Shown: piece after piece, positions 24,703 through 38,590 of the stretch
How the letters are laid out: every line of letters begins with the position of its first letter
How positions within the stretch are numbered: position 1 is the first letter of the stretch
Origin: Octopus bimaculoides
Taxonomy: Eukaryota
Direction: 5' to 3'
Length of the DNA stretch: 64,000 nt
Assembly: GCF_001194135.2 (NCBI RefSeq)
Contig: NC_069003.1
Coordinates: 31,150,124-31,214,123, forward strand
Notes under the pieces: model-generated
The model's database searches: none
Told to the model about the DNA's origin: nothing
Seen by the model: the letters and a program-made list of their open reading frames with translations, nothing else
Position numbers and translations under genes: made by a program

Positions 24703-25505
24703 CCTCGTCTCCTTCTCTCCCAATTCCTCCTTTCTCTCTCCATCTCCTCTCTCTCCTGCCTCCTCTCTCTCACCCTCCTCTTCTCTCTCTCACCCCTCCT
24801 CCTCTCTCTCTTGCCTCGTCTCCTTCTCTCCCAATTCCTCCTTTCTTTCTTTCTTTCTTTCTTAAAGAGTGTCATGTATTTTCTTACATCTTCTCTCCCT
24901 CCTTCTCTCTCTCTCTCTCTCTCTCTCCACCTCTCTATTTCTCTTTCTCCTTCTCCTCCTCTCACTCTTTCTTCTCCTCCTCCTCTCATTCTTTCTTCTC
25001 CTCTTCCTCTCTCTCTTTAACCTCCTCTTCCTCTCTCTCTTTAACCTCCTCTTCCTCTCTCTCTTTAACCTCCTCCTCTCTATCTCTCTTTCTCCTCCTC
25101 CTCTCTCTCTATCTCTTTCTCTCTTTCCTTTGTTCTTGAGCATTCTCTCATAACTAAAGATTCATTATTTCTTTAGGTTGATTTTTTTTTTCCTTACCAA
25201 TTTCATAAAACAGTATAAACACTTTCGTTCTTCTGTTTCATGTTAATAGTAAAACCATAATCAATCGTTATGTATTATAAAGTGTTAAGTGTTCTGTAAA
25301 GAGTGACTAAACACAGAAATATCAGAAATATCAGGAGGATACAAATAAACAGGGATGCAATAAAAACTGATAGTTTATCCATTATTATTGTGGAAGATTA
25401 GAAAAAGAGTAAGTGGGAGAAGTTTTAAAGAGTATTATGGTTTTAAAAAGTATAGCGAAACAAAGCAAAGAATATATTGGGAAGACAGAAAACCTTACAC
25501 ACACA

Positions 25506-25889
25506 TTGTTGGAACTCTGTCGCTTATGACGTCGAAGGTTCCAGTTGATCCGATCAACGGAACAGCCTGCTCGTGAAATTAACGTGTAAGTGGCTGTGCA
25601 CTCCACAGACACGTATACCCTTAATGCAGTTCTTGGGGATATTCAGCGTGACACACAGTGTGACAAGGCTGGCCCCTTTGAAATACAGGTACAACAGAAA
25701 CAGGAAGTAAGAGTGAGAGAAAGTTGTGGTGAAAGAGTACAGCAGGGTTCGCCACCATCCCCTGCTGGAGCCTCGTGGAGCTTTAGGTGTTTTCGCTCAA
25801 TAAACACTCACAACGCCCGGTCTGGGAATCGAAACCGTGATCCTATGACTGCGAGTCCGCTGCCCTAACCACTAGGCCATTGCGCCTCC
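25506..25889 (-). mobile_element. tRNA-derived SINE family A, full length
   Basis: Reverse complement of 1858-2210, including the complete head (GGAGGCGCAATGGCCTAGTGGTTAGGGCAGCGGACTCGCAG...GGTTTCGATTCCCAGACC). Confidence 0.9.
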
Positions 25890-26050
25890 ACATCACACAG
25901 ACATACACATTGGCATATGTGCACACATGAACACACAAACATGCACACACACGAGAGGTGTGTCTGTGTTTGTTTTTCTGTTCTGCTAAAATAAAAATAG
26001 TATAACATTAATCTGAAGGGTTACTATATACTTTTGTAAAAGTATAAATT

Positions 26051-26278
26051 TATTTACACTATTTACATTATTTACAATTGATGGATATTTGTCCTCATCT
26101 TGTTTGTTGTTAACACATTTCGGCTGATATACTCTCCAGCCTTCATCAGGTGTCTTGGGGAAATTTTGAACCTGGGTTCTCATTCCTAAGGTATTTTTCA
26201 CTGCTTAGAATCGAACTCGGAATCTTGGGGTTAGTAGCCCGCGCTCTTAACCACTACGCCATATGCCCATGGGCATAT
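26051..26278 (-). mobile_element. SINE-like family F, copy 2 (linker deleted, hammerhead with 3-nt deletion)
   Basis: Same tRNA-like head and 3' part as 10498-10752. The motif reads GACAC-CUGAUGA-A-GGCUG-gagaguauau-CAGCC-GAAA-U-GUGUU at 26112-26154. Confidence 0.85.
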
Positions 26279-27259
26279 TTATTAAGAACGAATTTATTGT
26301 TCTTAACCAAAAATATTGAGAGTTACTTTGAAGTTTTGGCCAGTCAGACTATATCTATCTATCTATCTATCTCCATTACAGCCAATCTTACCAAACAGTT
26401 TCACACCGTTTTCCCTACCTGCCATATCTGAAGAGGATTTGTATTTAGATAACCGCCCAGTTATCTAATATCCTGTGGAAAACCATTTGATAAGATTGGC
26501 TGAAATAAATCTTTAATACTGTTGATTAATATATGTGAGTCTGTGTGTGTATGTGTGTATGTGTATGAGAGTGTGTGTGTATGAGAGTGTGTGTGTATGT
26601 GTTGGCCATTATATTGACCTGCAACAGGTATTGAGTTCTTAAGTCATACTCGTGACAGGAAAGTCAAAGTAACGGAGACTGATTCTTGCTCAGGTTATGA
26701 TTAAACTTAGAGAGTCAAGTTTTGAAAGCAAGCAAATTCATGAATTGAAAGAAAATTGTTGATTCAGCAGGGGCGAAATTTTCTTCTACCTTATGAATGG
26801 TCTTGCGTTTATACATACATATGCCATCCTCTTTGCAAATATGTTTGTGTATATATATATGTTTCTATACAAATATGCGTGTGTACATATACAAATAAGA
26901 TATTGAGATTATGCACACAGCCAACAAAAAATATATACACAATCTATTTAATGTATCCACTGCTTCTTTTTTTTTTTTACTTCGTTGTTTACAAATACAA
27001 ATGTTTATCAATGTCAAGAGAGAGAGAAGCCAGAGAAAAAGAAAACACAGGTAGGTAATTAGTGAGAAAGGTAAAACTAGCTAGAATGAGAGAGAGAGGG
27101 GGAAGGGGGGAGGGGGATAAGAGAGTGAGTGAGAGAGAGATAGAGATTGGATATGTGGGTAAAGCTAGATAAGGAAGACTAAGGAGAGTGGGTGAGGGAG
27201 GCAGAAGGAAGAAAGGTACTAGAGTATATTATGACTTAAAAGCTGATTGGTAGCTAAGT

Positions 27260-28095
<836 letters not shown>

Positions 28096-28967
28096 GAGAG
28101 AGAATGAATAGAAATGGTTAAACAGGAGTATAGTATAGTTCAGATTGAGTAATACTCATTTGATAGCAAGAAATGATGAATCAAGCAGTGATACTAAAGT
28201 AGGAAGTAGATTGGTACAGATGGAGGTAGGTAAGGAAGCAGGCAGGCAGGTAGGTAGGTAGGTAGGTCAGCAGGTAGTCAGGTAGGTAGATTCCATTGGG
28301 AGTAAAAAAAAAAAAATTAGTAAAAGGAAAAAATGTAGGAATTGTAACAAAAAAGATGGAAACAAAATTGATAGTAGAAGCCAAGGAGGAAGTAATAGAT
28401 TGAAGTTATAAAGACACAGAAAAAGAAGTAGAAAAGAGAGGAATGGTAAGGAACACGCACACACACACACACACAAACACATGCACCCGTGTGCACGCAC
28501 ACTCACACGCACACACGCATGGATATATAATGGATGTTTTTGAATAGAAGGAAAACAACAAAACAGTCAAAAGCACACATATAAGACACAAGTGCACGCA
28601 CATATATACAGGCATGTATGTATTAATGTTTGTTTTAATGTGAAGTTATATATAGAATCTCAATACTTTTTAGTAGAGTACATGTTTATTATTAAACATG
28701 TACTCTTTGCTAGACTGTCTACTACCTTAAACAGTTTGATGATGGCTCATAGGCTAAAACTTCAAAGTCCTTGTCATCTTTCTATATTTTCTGATGATGG
28801 ACGACTGCCTAAAATGCTTAAAAGACCCCTTACTTTCAAGCATTACGCTAATATCACGTTTGTTAAAACTTATCCCTTGTGTTTTGTTTTTCATATTTTT
28901 GCTCATTCAGCAGATATTTTGGGGTTTTATTAATTTTGGATCACCTTAAAAAATATGTGTTAACATG

Positions 28968-29036
28968 TATAGACGCAAGAGTGGCTGTGCGCTAAGTAGC
29001 TTGCTTACCAACCACATGGTTCTGGGTTCAGTTCCA
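28968..29036 (+). mobile_element. SINE family C head
   Basis: GACGCAAGAGTGGCTGTGCGCTAAGTAGCTTGCTTACCAACCACATGGTTCTGGGTTCAGTTCCAC. Confidence 0.8.
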
Positions 29037-29037
29037 C

Positions 29038-29069
<32 letters not shown>

Positions 29070-29130
29070 AGTCGTCTAAGAGTCCATAAGTAAGAGAAAA
29101 GATGTACTTGTGTATCTGTCAATAGATTGG

Positions 29131-29616
<486 letters not shown>

Positions 29617-29715
29617 GAGACAGATAAGATCATGAGATAAAGGAGAGGAGAGAGAGAGGGAGAGAAATTGAGAGAGAGATAGAGAGAAAGGGAAGGGAGG
29701 GAAATGGAGAGGTCT

Positions 29716-29810
<95 letters not shown>

Positions 29811-30995
29811 AAGAGAGAGAGAGATAGAGAGAGAGAGAGTGAGAGAGATGTCTAATCTTCCTGATACAGTGTCTTTGTGAACAGAAGAAAAGGTAAGAAC
29901 CCAAACTAATTCCACTCCTGTGTTAGAATTTCATGAATGATTAAGAACCAACCATCTTTAATTGTCCACAGGGACGCTGCCCCATAAACCCACTGTTTCC
30001 CTGGATTTAAGTAAATCTAATTGACCAATTCTCATATATAATGCATTCCTCACAGGAAGCTTGATTAATAAATTACAATTAATGCTGAAATTCCAACAAA
30101 AGTTGAAAGCTTGTCCAGTTAAAACCTTTTCTCTCTCTCTGTCAAGATATTGTATATAATGACAAGTTGTTTTATGTCTGTCTGTCTTAAATAAACAATA
30201 AAAGCTAAAACCTGAAGAAGATATCCTGTAGTACATCTATCTTCATTTATCATGGCATGTGGAGACATGTGACTTCATAGTTAGGATTTTTGGGTCATGA
30301 TCGTAAGAACATGAGTTCAATTTCCTGCAGCACATTGTGTCACATTGTGTCACATTGTGTCAACATTTGTCTTGTCTACTCAACCGTCAAAAATGAGTTG
30401 TGTCTGTATTTCAAAGAACCAGCCTTGTCACATTCTGTCAACGCTGAACCAGCATCCATTGTCAAGCGATGTTGGGGGGGGGGGGGCAAACACAGACACA
30501 CAAACATATACACACACACACACANNNNNNNNNNNNNNNNNNNNNNNNNNNNNNNNNNNNNNNNNNNNNNNNNNNNNNNNNNNNNNNNNNNNNNNNNNNN
30601 NNNNNNNNNNNNNNNNNNNNNNNNNNNNNNNNNNNNNNNNNNNNNNNNNNNNNNNNNNNNNNNNNNNNNNNNNNNNNNNNNNNNNNNNNNNNNNNNNNNN
30701 NNNNNNNNNNNNNNNNNNNNNNNNNNNNNNNNNNNNNNNNNNNNNNNNNNNNNNNNNNNNNNNNNNNNNNNNNNNNNNNNNNNNNNNNNNNNNNNNNNNN
30801 NNNNNNNNNNNNNNNNNNNNNNNNNNNNNNNNNNNNNNNNNNNNNNNNNNNNNNNNNNNNNNNNNNNNNNNNNNNNNNNNNNNNNNNNNNNNNNNNNNNN
30901 NNNNNNNNNNNNNNNNNNNNNNNNNNNNNNNNNNNNNNNNNNNNNNNNNNNNNNNNNNNNNNNNNNNNNNNNNNNNNNNATATATACATATATAC

Positions 30996-31160
30996 GACGG
31001 GCTTCTTTCAGTTTCCATCTACCAAATCCACCCACAAGGCTTTGGTTGGCCCGAGGCTATAGTAGAAGATACTTGCCCAAGGTGCCACGCAGTGGGACTG
31101 AACCTGGAACTATGTGGCTGGTAAGCAAGCTACTTACCACACAGCCACTCCTACGCCTAT
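30996..31160 (-). mobile_element. SINE family C (its D tail begins across the gap at about 30432-30500)
   Basis: CGACGGGCTTCTTTCAGTTTCC...CTTGCCCAAGGTGCCACGCAGTGGGACTGAACC...CACACAGCCACTCCTACGCC. Confidence 0.9.
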
Positions 31161-31447
31161 ATATTCTACATATTCATTATCAATAATGCTCCCTAAACAA
31201 CATTTTCAGTGTGTCTCTTACACATAGGGATGTGATCAGGAGAAGATTTCATTGTTATTTTTAACTATAGGGAGTTACACATAAATGTTAATACACACAC
31301 TGACAAACTCACACACACACATACACAGTCGTAATACATACATACAAAAAATACACACACACACACATTTATAAATATATATATATATATAATTTGGGAA
31401 TGTATGTATGTATGTATATTTTTATACATATATATATATGTGCGTAC

Positions 31448-31478
<31 letters not shown>

Positions 31479-31496
31479 TGTATGTATGAACGTATA

Positions 31497-32585
31497 CTCT
31501 TTTACTCTTTTACTTGTTTCAGTCATTTGACTGCGGCCATGCTGGAGCACCGCCTCTAGTCGAGCAAATCGACCCCGGGGACTTATTNNNNNNNNNNNNN
31601 NNNNNNNNNNNNNNNNNNNNNNNNNNNNNNNNNNNNNNNNNNNNNNNNNNNNNNNNNNNNNNNNNNNNNNNNNNNNNNNNNNNNNNNNNNNNNNNNNNNN
31701 NNNNNNNNNNNNNNNNNNNNNNNNNNNNNNNNNNNNNNNNNNNNNNNNNNNNNNNNNNNNNNNNNNNNNNNNNNNNNNNNNNNNNNNNNNNNNNNNNNNN
31801 NNNNNNNNNNNNNNNNNNNNNNNNNNNNNNNNNNNNNNNNNNNNNNNNNNNNNNNNNNNNNNNNNNNNNNNNNNNNNNNNNNNNNNNNNNNNNNNNNNNN
31901 NNNNNNNNNNNNNNNNNNNNNNNNNNNNNNNNNNNNNNNNNNNNNNNNNNNNNNNNNNNNNNNNNNNNNNNNNNNNNNNNNNNNNNNNNNNNNNNNNNNN
32001 NNNNNNNNNNNNNNNNNNNNNNNNNNNNNNNNNNNNNNNNNNNNNNNNNNNNNNNNNNNNNNNNNNNNNNNNNNNNNNNNNNNNNNNNNNNNNNNNNNNN
32101 NNNNNNNNNNNNNNNNNNNNNNNNNNNNNNNNNNNNNNNNNNNNNNNNNNNNNNNNNNNNNNNNNNNNNNNNNNNNNNNNNNNNNNNNNNNNNNNNNNNN
32201 NNNNNNNNNNNNNNNNNNNNNNNNNNNNNNNNNNNNNNNNNNNNNNNNNNNNNNNNNNNNNNNNNNNNNNNNNNNNNNNNNNNNNNNGGGTGGATTTGGT
32301 AGACGGAAACTGAAAGAAGCCCGCCGTATATATGTATTTATATATATGTATGTATGTGTGTGTATATGTTTGTGTGTCTGTGTTTGTCTTCCCCAACATC
32401 GCTTGACAACCGATGCTGGTGTGTTTACGTCCCCTGTAACTTAGCGGTTCGGCAAAAGAAATCCGATAGAATAAGTACTAAGCTTACAAAGAATAAGTCC
32501 TGGGGTCGATTTGCTCGACTAAAGGCGGTGCTCCAGCATGGCCACAGTCAAATGACTGTAACAAGCAAAAGAGTAAAACGAGTAA
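31497..32585. mobile_element. Two oppositely oriented SINE C/D copies flanking an N gap (minus tail 31497-31587, plus copy 32289-32585)
   Basis: The D-tail reverse complement lies left of the gap. GGTGGATTTGGTAGACGGAAACTGAAAGAAGCCC plus a complete D module lies to the right. Confidence 0.85.
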
Positions 32586-32879
32586 GAGTATATACATATA
32601 TATATATATATGTATGTATGTATGTGTGTATGTATGTAGCATTATAGCATAACGTTCTATAAATGAATGAATGATTGAAAAGAGAGGAAGAAAGGAAGAA
32701 AGGAAGAAAGAAGTGTTCCCCTCCTCCTCCTCCTCTGCATCTCTGTCGCTAGATTATCGTAAATATGTGAGGCACGAGTTTTGCACAGAGAGAAAACAGT
32801 GTGCACACCACTAAACATCACCCAGTTGTGGTGAGGTCAGCTGATGTTTCTCAGGCTTAGAGTTTACTAGTGAGGCATC

Positions 32880-33047
32880 ACCTCTACAACAGTAACAACA
32901 ACAATACCAAGTATTGCTGCTACTACTACTGCTACCAGCAGCAGCATCACCACCACCACCGCTACCACCACCACCACAACAACAACAACAACAACGACGA
33001 CAACTACAACAACTACTACTACTACTACTAGCAGCACCACAACGACA

Positions 33048-33097
<50 letters not shown>

Positions 33098-33421
33098 TAC
33101 TTCTACTACTAACACCACCACTGCCAGTACTAGCACCACCACCAACACCACAACAACTTTTACTACCAGTAACACCACCAGCACCACCACAACTACTACT
33201 ACTACTACCACCACCACCACCACCACCACTAGCACCACCACCACCACAACAACAACAACAACGACAACAATGACAACAACAACGGCAACGACTACTACTA
33301 CTACTAATACTACTACTACCAGCAGCAGCAGCAGCACCACCACTACCACCGCCACTACCACCACCACCACCACCACAACAACAACAACAACGACAGCAAC
33401 AACAATGACAACAACTACTAT

Positions 33422-33468
<47 letters not shown>

Positions 33469-33695
33469 TCACCACCACTGCCAGTACCAGCACCACCACC
33501 ACCAACACCACAACAACTTTTACTACCAGCATCACCACCAACAACAATAACACCACCAGCGCCACCACAACTACTACCACTACTACAACCAGTACCAGCA
33601 ACAGCAGCACCACAACCAACACCATCACCACCACAACAACTACTACGACTACTATTACTACTACTGCTACTGCTGCTGCCGCTGCTGCTACTGCT
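32880..33695. repeat. Cryptic (ACN)n trinucleotide array with an internal duplication
   Basis: Mixed CAC/TAC/AAC/GCA triplets. The block CCACCACTGCCAGTAC...ACAACTTTTACTACCAG occurs at about 33115 and 33472. Confidence 0.9.
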
Positions 33696-34130
33696 GACCC
33701 TTAGAAATCTTCAGGTAGCTGAACCTCAAAGATGGGGGGGTTGGGGAACAGTAGTAAGTCGGTTGGTTGCAGTTAAGTGCACAGTCTATTATTAAAAGAC
33801 TTCCCAGTCATGACCATCCCCTCGCTTTGAACGTTTTGGACTTGGACTGCGTTAGCCTAATGTATTCTTTGCATGTGACTTGGATGAAAATTTTGGGGTG
33901 TTGTTTTTTTTTTTCCTACCCGGTTGAGCGACCACTTGGAGGGCGTTCTTTGTTGGTTGTGTGTGGGTGATGTGAGTTAGCAGAGGTTTATGGAGATTTG
34001 TGGTGCAGTCAGCAGACATTCACTCTGTTCCTCTCTGTTCTACCTGTTCCGTTCTACCCCCACCCCCTCTTCTCCTCCCCATCCACGTGATTAGTTCAGG
34101 TGTTGTATCTATAAGGTTTACCAAATCAAA

Positions 34131-34181
<51 letters not shown>

Positions 34182-34191
34182 NNNNNNNNNN

Positions 34192-34241
<50 letters not shown>

Positions 34242-34386
34242 GTAGGTATATGTATGTATTTATGTATGTATGTATGTATGTATATGTTTATGTATGTATG
34301 TATGTANNNNNNNNNNAGAGAGAGAGAAAGAGATAAATAGATAGATAGGTAGATAAATAAATAGACAGACAAATAGATAGATAGAT

Positions 34387-34436
<50 letters not shown>

Positions 34437-35084
34437 AAAATAAAAGAAAGGAAAGATGGAAAGAGCAACAAAGAATTAACAGAGATGGAAGAAAGGAAGA
34501 GAGAAAAATGACAGAGAGAAAGACAGAGAGAGAGAGAGAGAAAGAGAAAGAGAGGAGGACATTTCCAAAGGCTGGAAGTAGGGTTGTTACTATTATGAAA
34601 ACAACAACAGTGTAAGAAATAATGAGTAGAGTGGGACTCAGCACTATTGATGAAATAGTAATGGTGTACAATATGACATAGATAGTATTACCCCATTCTG
34701 AGCCAGTGAGAAAGCCTATATTTAATAGGCTGACCAGCTAGAAGTAGGAAACAAGTGTTCCCCTGGTCATACATTACAAGCTCTTTTTATGAAAAAAAAA
34801 AGGATGTTTTGGATTGTGTAGAAGCGCTTTTGATCTAAATTGATCTGAGAAGTCAAGAATTGTAACTCCTAGGTGGCATCAACTTGGTAGCTTGATCAGC
34901 TAGAAATGGAAGACAAGTCTTCCTCAAATTATATGCAAAACACTAGTTTCTTTTTTTCTCTTTTTTTTTTTCCAAAAGGATTCATTAGATAATGTAATTC
35001 TAGGTAGACTGTGTCAGGGAAAAAATTAGTGAAAAAAAACTAAAGGTGGTTCTCAGCCACAAGGGTACATGTTCAGTCTCACTG

Positions 35085-35715
35085 CATGACCCCTTGGGCA
35101 AGTGTCTTCTACAATTGCTCCAGACTGACCAATGCCTTGTGAGTGGATTTGGTAGTTGGTGGAAACTGAAAGTAGTCCATTAAATGTATGCATGTAATGT
35201 AATGTATGTATGTATGTATATATGTAATGTAATGTATGTATGTATGTATATATGTAATGTAATGTATGTGTGTATGTATGTACATATGCATGTAATGTAA
35301 TGTATGTATGTAGGTATGTATGTATATATGTTTGTATGCATGTAATGTAATGTATGTATGTATGTAGGTATGTATGTATGTTTTATGTATGTATGTATGT
35401 AATGTAATGTATGTATGTATGTTTATATATATATACATGTATGTCTTTGTATGTATGTATATTTTATGTATGTATGTATACATGTATGTACATATGTATT
35501 TGTGTGTATGTATCACTGAGTTTGTTCCCCACCACTGCTTGATAACTGACGTTGGTTTGTTTACGGCCCCGTAACTTAGTAGTTGAACAGAAGAGACCGA
35601 CGTAGTAAGTAACAGGCTTAAAACTAGGTACTGAGTTCCATTTGTTCAACTAAATCGGTCAAGGCCGTGCCCCAGCATGGCCACAGTCTAATGACTGAAA
35701 CAAGTAAAAGATAAA
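35085..35715 (+). mobile_element. SINE C/D composite with an expanded internal (TATG/TAATG)n tract
   Basis: CORE-like GACCCCTTGGGCAAGTGTCTTCTAC at about 35088, microsatellite 35180-35510, D module 35518-35715. Confidence 0.75.
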
Positions 35716-35804
35716 ACATTGTTCAAGGCTGGAACACCTATAATCTTAGGTTTACTTAGCCACACTGACATAAGGCTAAACAATAATAATAACAACTTGT
35801 TAGG

Positions 35805-36450
35805 CTCTACTTGGTCACCTGATCTACTAGAAATAGCAGCTAAAGTGGCATCCCTCTCACACTTAAAATGTTTTGTCTTGTAGAAGTATAACTACTTTAT
35901 TGGACATAAATTTTAACAAAAAAAATCTTATATGAATCCCTAAGGGTCATATGGATCCCAGTTAAGGATCACTGCTCTACTTGGTCACCTGATCTGCTAG
36001 AAATAGCAGCTAAAATCTCATCATTTCAGACTGTTAAAATATTTTGTGTCTTGTAGAGGTATAACCACTTTATTGGACATTAATTTTAACAAAGATCTTA
36101 TATGGATCCCTAAGGGCCATGCGGACCCTGGTTGAGAATCACTGTTCTACTTGATCACCTGATCTGCTAGAAATAGCAGCTAAATTTCACCCTTTTTTTC
36201 CCTATGGACCCTTTCAATTCCTATTTTTCTCATTTGGACCCCCATAACCTTTCTATGTTTAAAAGGATCCTTTTATATTTTTGATAATCAAATGTTATTA
36301 GAAATTGCATAAAAAATACTTATCAAAATATTTTGTGTATTATACCAGTATAACCAATTTATTTTAACAACAAAATTCATATATGGCTCCCAAAGGGCTA
36401 CATGGCTCCCTAAGGGCCAAATGGACCCTGGTTGACAACCACTGCTCTAC
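35805..36450 (+). repeat. Diverged tandem array: two 170-bp units and one 300-bp unit
   Basis: Units start at 35805, 35975 and 36145 with (C/T)TCTACTTG(G/A)TCACCTGATCT(A/G)CTAGAAATAGCAGCTAAA and end in GGA(T/C)CC...GTT(A/G)A...CACTG, resembling a hAT-MITE terminus. Confidence 0.85.
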
Positions 36451-37363
36451 ACTCTTATAAAGTGAAATACCATGTTATATGGCTGTGTCCCTGAAAAAAA
36501 AGACAGGATGAACATGGCAGGAATAGGCAGACCTTTGATCAAAAGGCCCTGCTTAGTCAAACTGACCTTGGGTTAAACAATGAATTCCCTTGTTTTTCTT
36601 TGTGTTATATTTTTATATAACAACCAGTCAAGTAAATGAGAACATGTTGTTGTTAGTGGTGGTGGTGGCCACCTTTTCTCTTTTTTTTTTTTTTGTTACC
36701 AAGTGTACCCCAAACTAGATTTTACAATGTGTCTTTTACAGACGATAGAAAGGTGGCTAGGAAAAGATTTGGCTGTTATTATTAGCTTATTGAGTGACCA
36801 CATAGAGGATCCTTTGTTGGTCCACATGACTATTCCTTTATATTGGCTTATTTATTAATTCTTTATCTTCAGATACAATGCATCTAAGATAATCTACGGT
36901 ATCTTATTTTCTTTAAGAAAATACAATGTGATTTGAAGATAATTTAACTGCTATATTTAGCAGGTCAAGTGACCATATTTAGGCTTCTTCACTGGTTCAA
37001 AGATCACGCTGATGTGAGTGCTGTTTTATTCCAGTTCAGTACTGACCCATCATATCTTTGGATCAAGAATGCCCCACTTGCAATCCAGCCAATCTTTTTG
37101 AACAGACACAGTAAATCAAACTAAGAGTACATTATTCCAATGTAACCTCTTTCTTCCTTTTGATGTTAGCTGGAAGAGCATGAATTGAGGGAGACTTGAC
37201 TATTATTTCTAGTAAGTTTGCATAGAGATTCTCTTGTATATTGTGCCTGATTTGATGTTTGTTTGTTTGTTGATGTGTACCCTTACCCTAATGCCATAAA
37301 CTTTTTATACTTAACACAAAGACCAATGACAGTAGTGGTGGCCATGGTGGGGGCCACAATGTT

Positions 37364-37441
37364 GGTATTAGTATGGATGTAATAGATAAGGTATTAGTAT
37401 GGATGTAATAGATAAGGTATTAGTAGAGATGTAATGGATAA
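37364..37441. repeat. 26-bp minisatellite x3
   Basis: GGTATTAGTATGGATGTAATAGATAA twice exactly, plus one diverged copy. Confidence 0.95.
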
Positions 37442-37739
37442 GATGCAATAATGCATCTAGTTAGGTGCCTTGCATAACTGAGTTCAAACCATGAGTTTCT
37501 CTTTCCCATATTTCTTTAGTATCAGTGATGTCAAATACCAGTAATACTCACTGGTTTGACATGAGCCTATGACAGAACTTCTATGTAGTCACTTGATCTC
37601 AGAGGAATAGCATTAAAACCTTCCTCAAGTCACAACCTTTGTTCTTTAAATAAAGAACAGGATGGGCTTGGTTGGTTGGAAGGTCTGATCACAGAGCTAT
37701 TCAAACAGGGCTGACCCTAAGCAACAACAACATACTAAG

Positions 37740-38063
37740 ACTGGCACTTCGTCAGTTTCGGTGACAAGGGTCCCAATTGATTTGATCAATGAAACAGCCT
37801 GCTTGTGAACTTAAAATGCAAGTGGCTGAGCACTCCACAGACACGAGTACCCTTAATGTAGTTCTCAGGGAGATTCAGCGTGACACAGTGTGTGACGAGG
37901 CTGGCCCTTTGAAATACAGGTACGACTCATTTTTAACAGCAGAGTGTACTGAAGCAATGGGGAAAAAAATGTCTTGCTCGAGGACACAGCATGCAACCAG
38001 GAATTGAACTCACAACCTTATGGCCATGAGCTGCATACCCTAACCACTGAGCCACATGCCTTC
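37740..38063 (-). mobile_element. Older SINE sharing the family A 3' half
   Basis: GCAAGTGGCTGAGCACTCCACAGACAC...CAGCGTGACACAGTG...GGCTGGCCCTTTGAAATACAGG matches the A tail. The head is divergent (GGAATTGAACTC...CCCTAACCACTGAGCCAC). Confidence 0.75.
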
Positions 38064-38207
38064 ACCAATAACAACATGACTCATAATAAACTGTGTGTGT
38101 TCTTCCCTGGGGTATAATTTTCTGCCTCGTGTATCTAAGTTTAAATCATGTTTGGATCAACTTTCCACACTTCATTCCTTTGCATTTTACTAATTCTTAC
38201 TACAAAA

Positions 38208-38590
38208 GGTGCAGGCACATGACGGAGTGGTAAAAAGCTTGCTTCCCAACCACATGGTTCTGGGTTCAGTCCCACTGCATGGCACCTTAGGCAGGTGTCT
38301 TCTACTAGAACCTCCGGCAGACCAAAAACTGAAAGAAGCCCATCATATATGTGTGTGTTTGTGTCTGTCTTTGTCCCCCCCCCCACTTGCCACTGCTTGA
38401 CAACTGGTGTTGGTTTGTTTACGTTCCTGTAAACTAGTGGTTCGACAAAAGAGACCAATAAAATAAGTACCAGACTTTAAAAAACAAAAAAAACATAAGT
38501 ACCAGGGTTGATTCATTCAACAAAAAATTCTTCATAGTTGTGCACCAGCATGGCCACAGTCTAATGACTGAAACAAGTAAAAGACAAAAA
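38208..38590 (+). mobile_element. SINE C/D composite, full length
   Basis: C head, CORE-like segment, (TG)n and a D module ending CATGGCCACAGTCTAATGACTGAAACAAGTAAAAG. Confidence 0.85.

Noticed and set aside
32867-33704. Poly-Thr (mucin-like) or poly-Val ORFs
   Set aside because: This is a cryptic trinucleotide microsatellite open on both strands, with no splice or context support.
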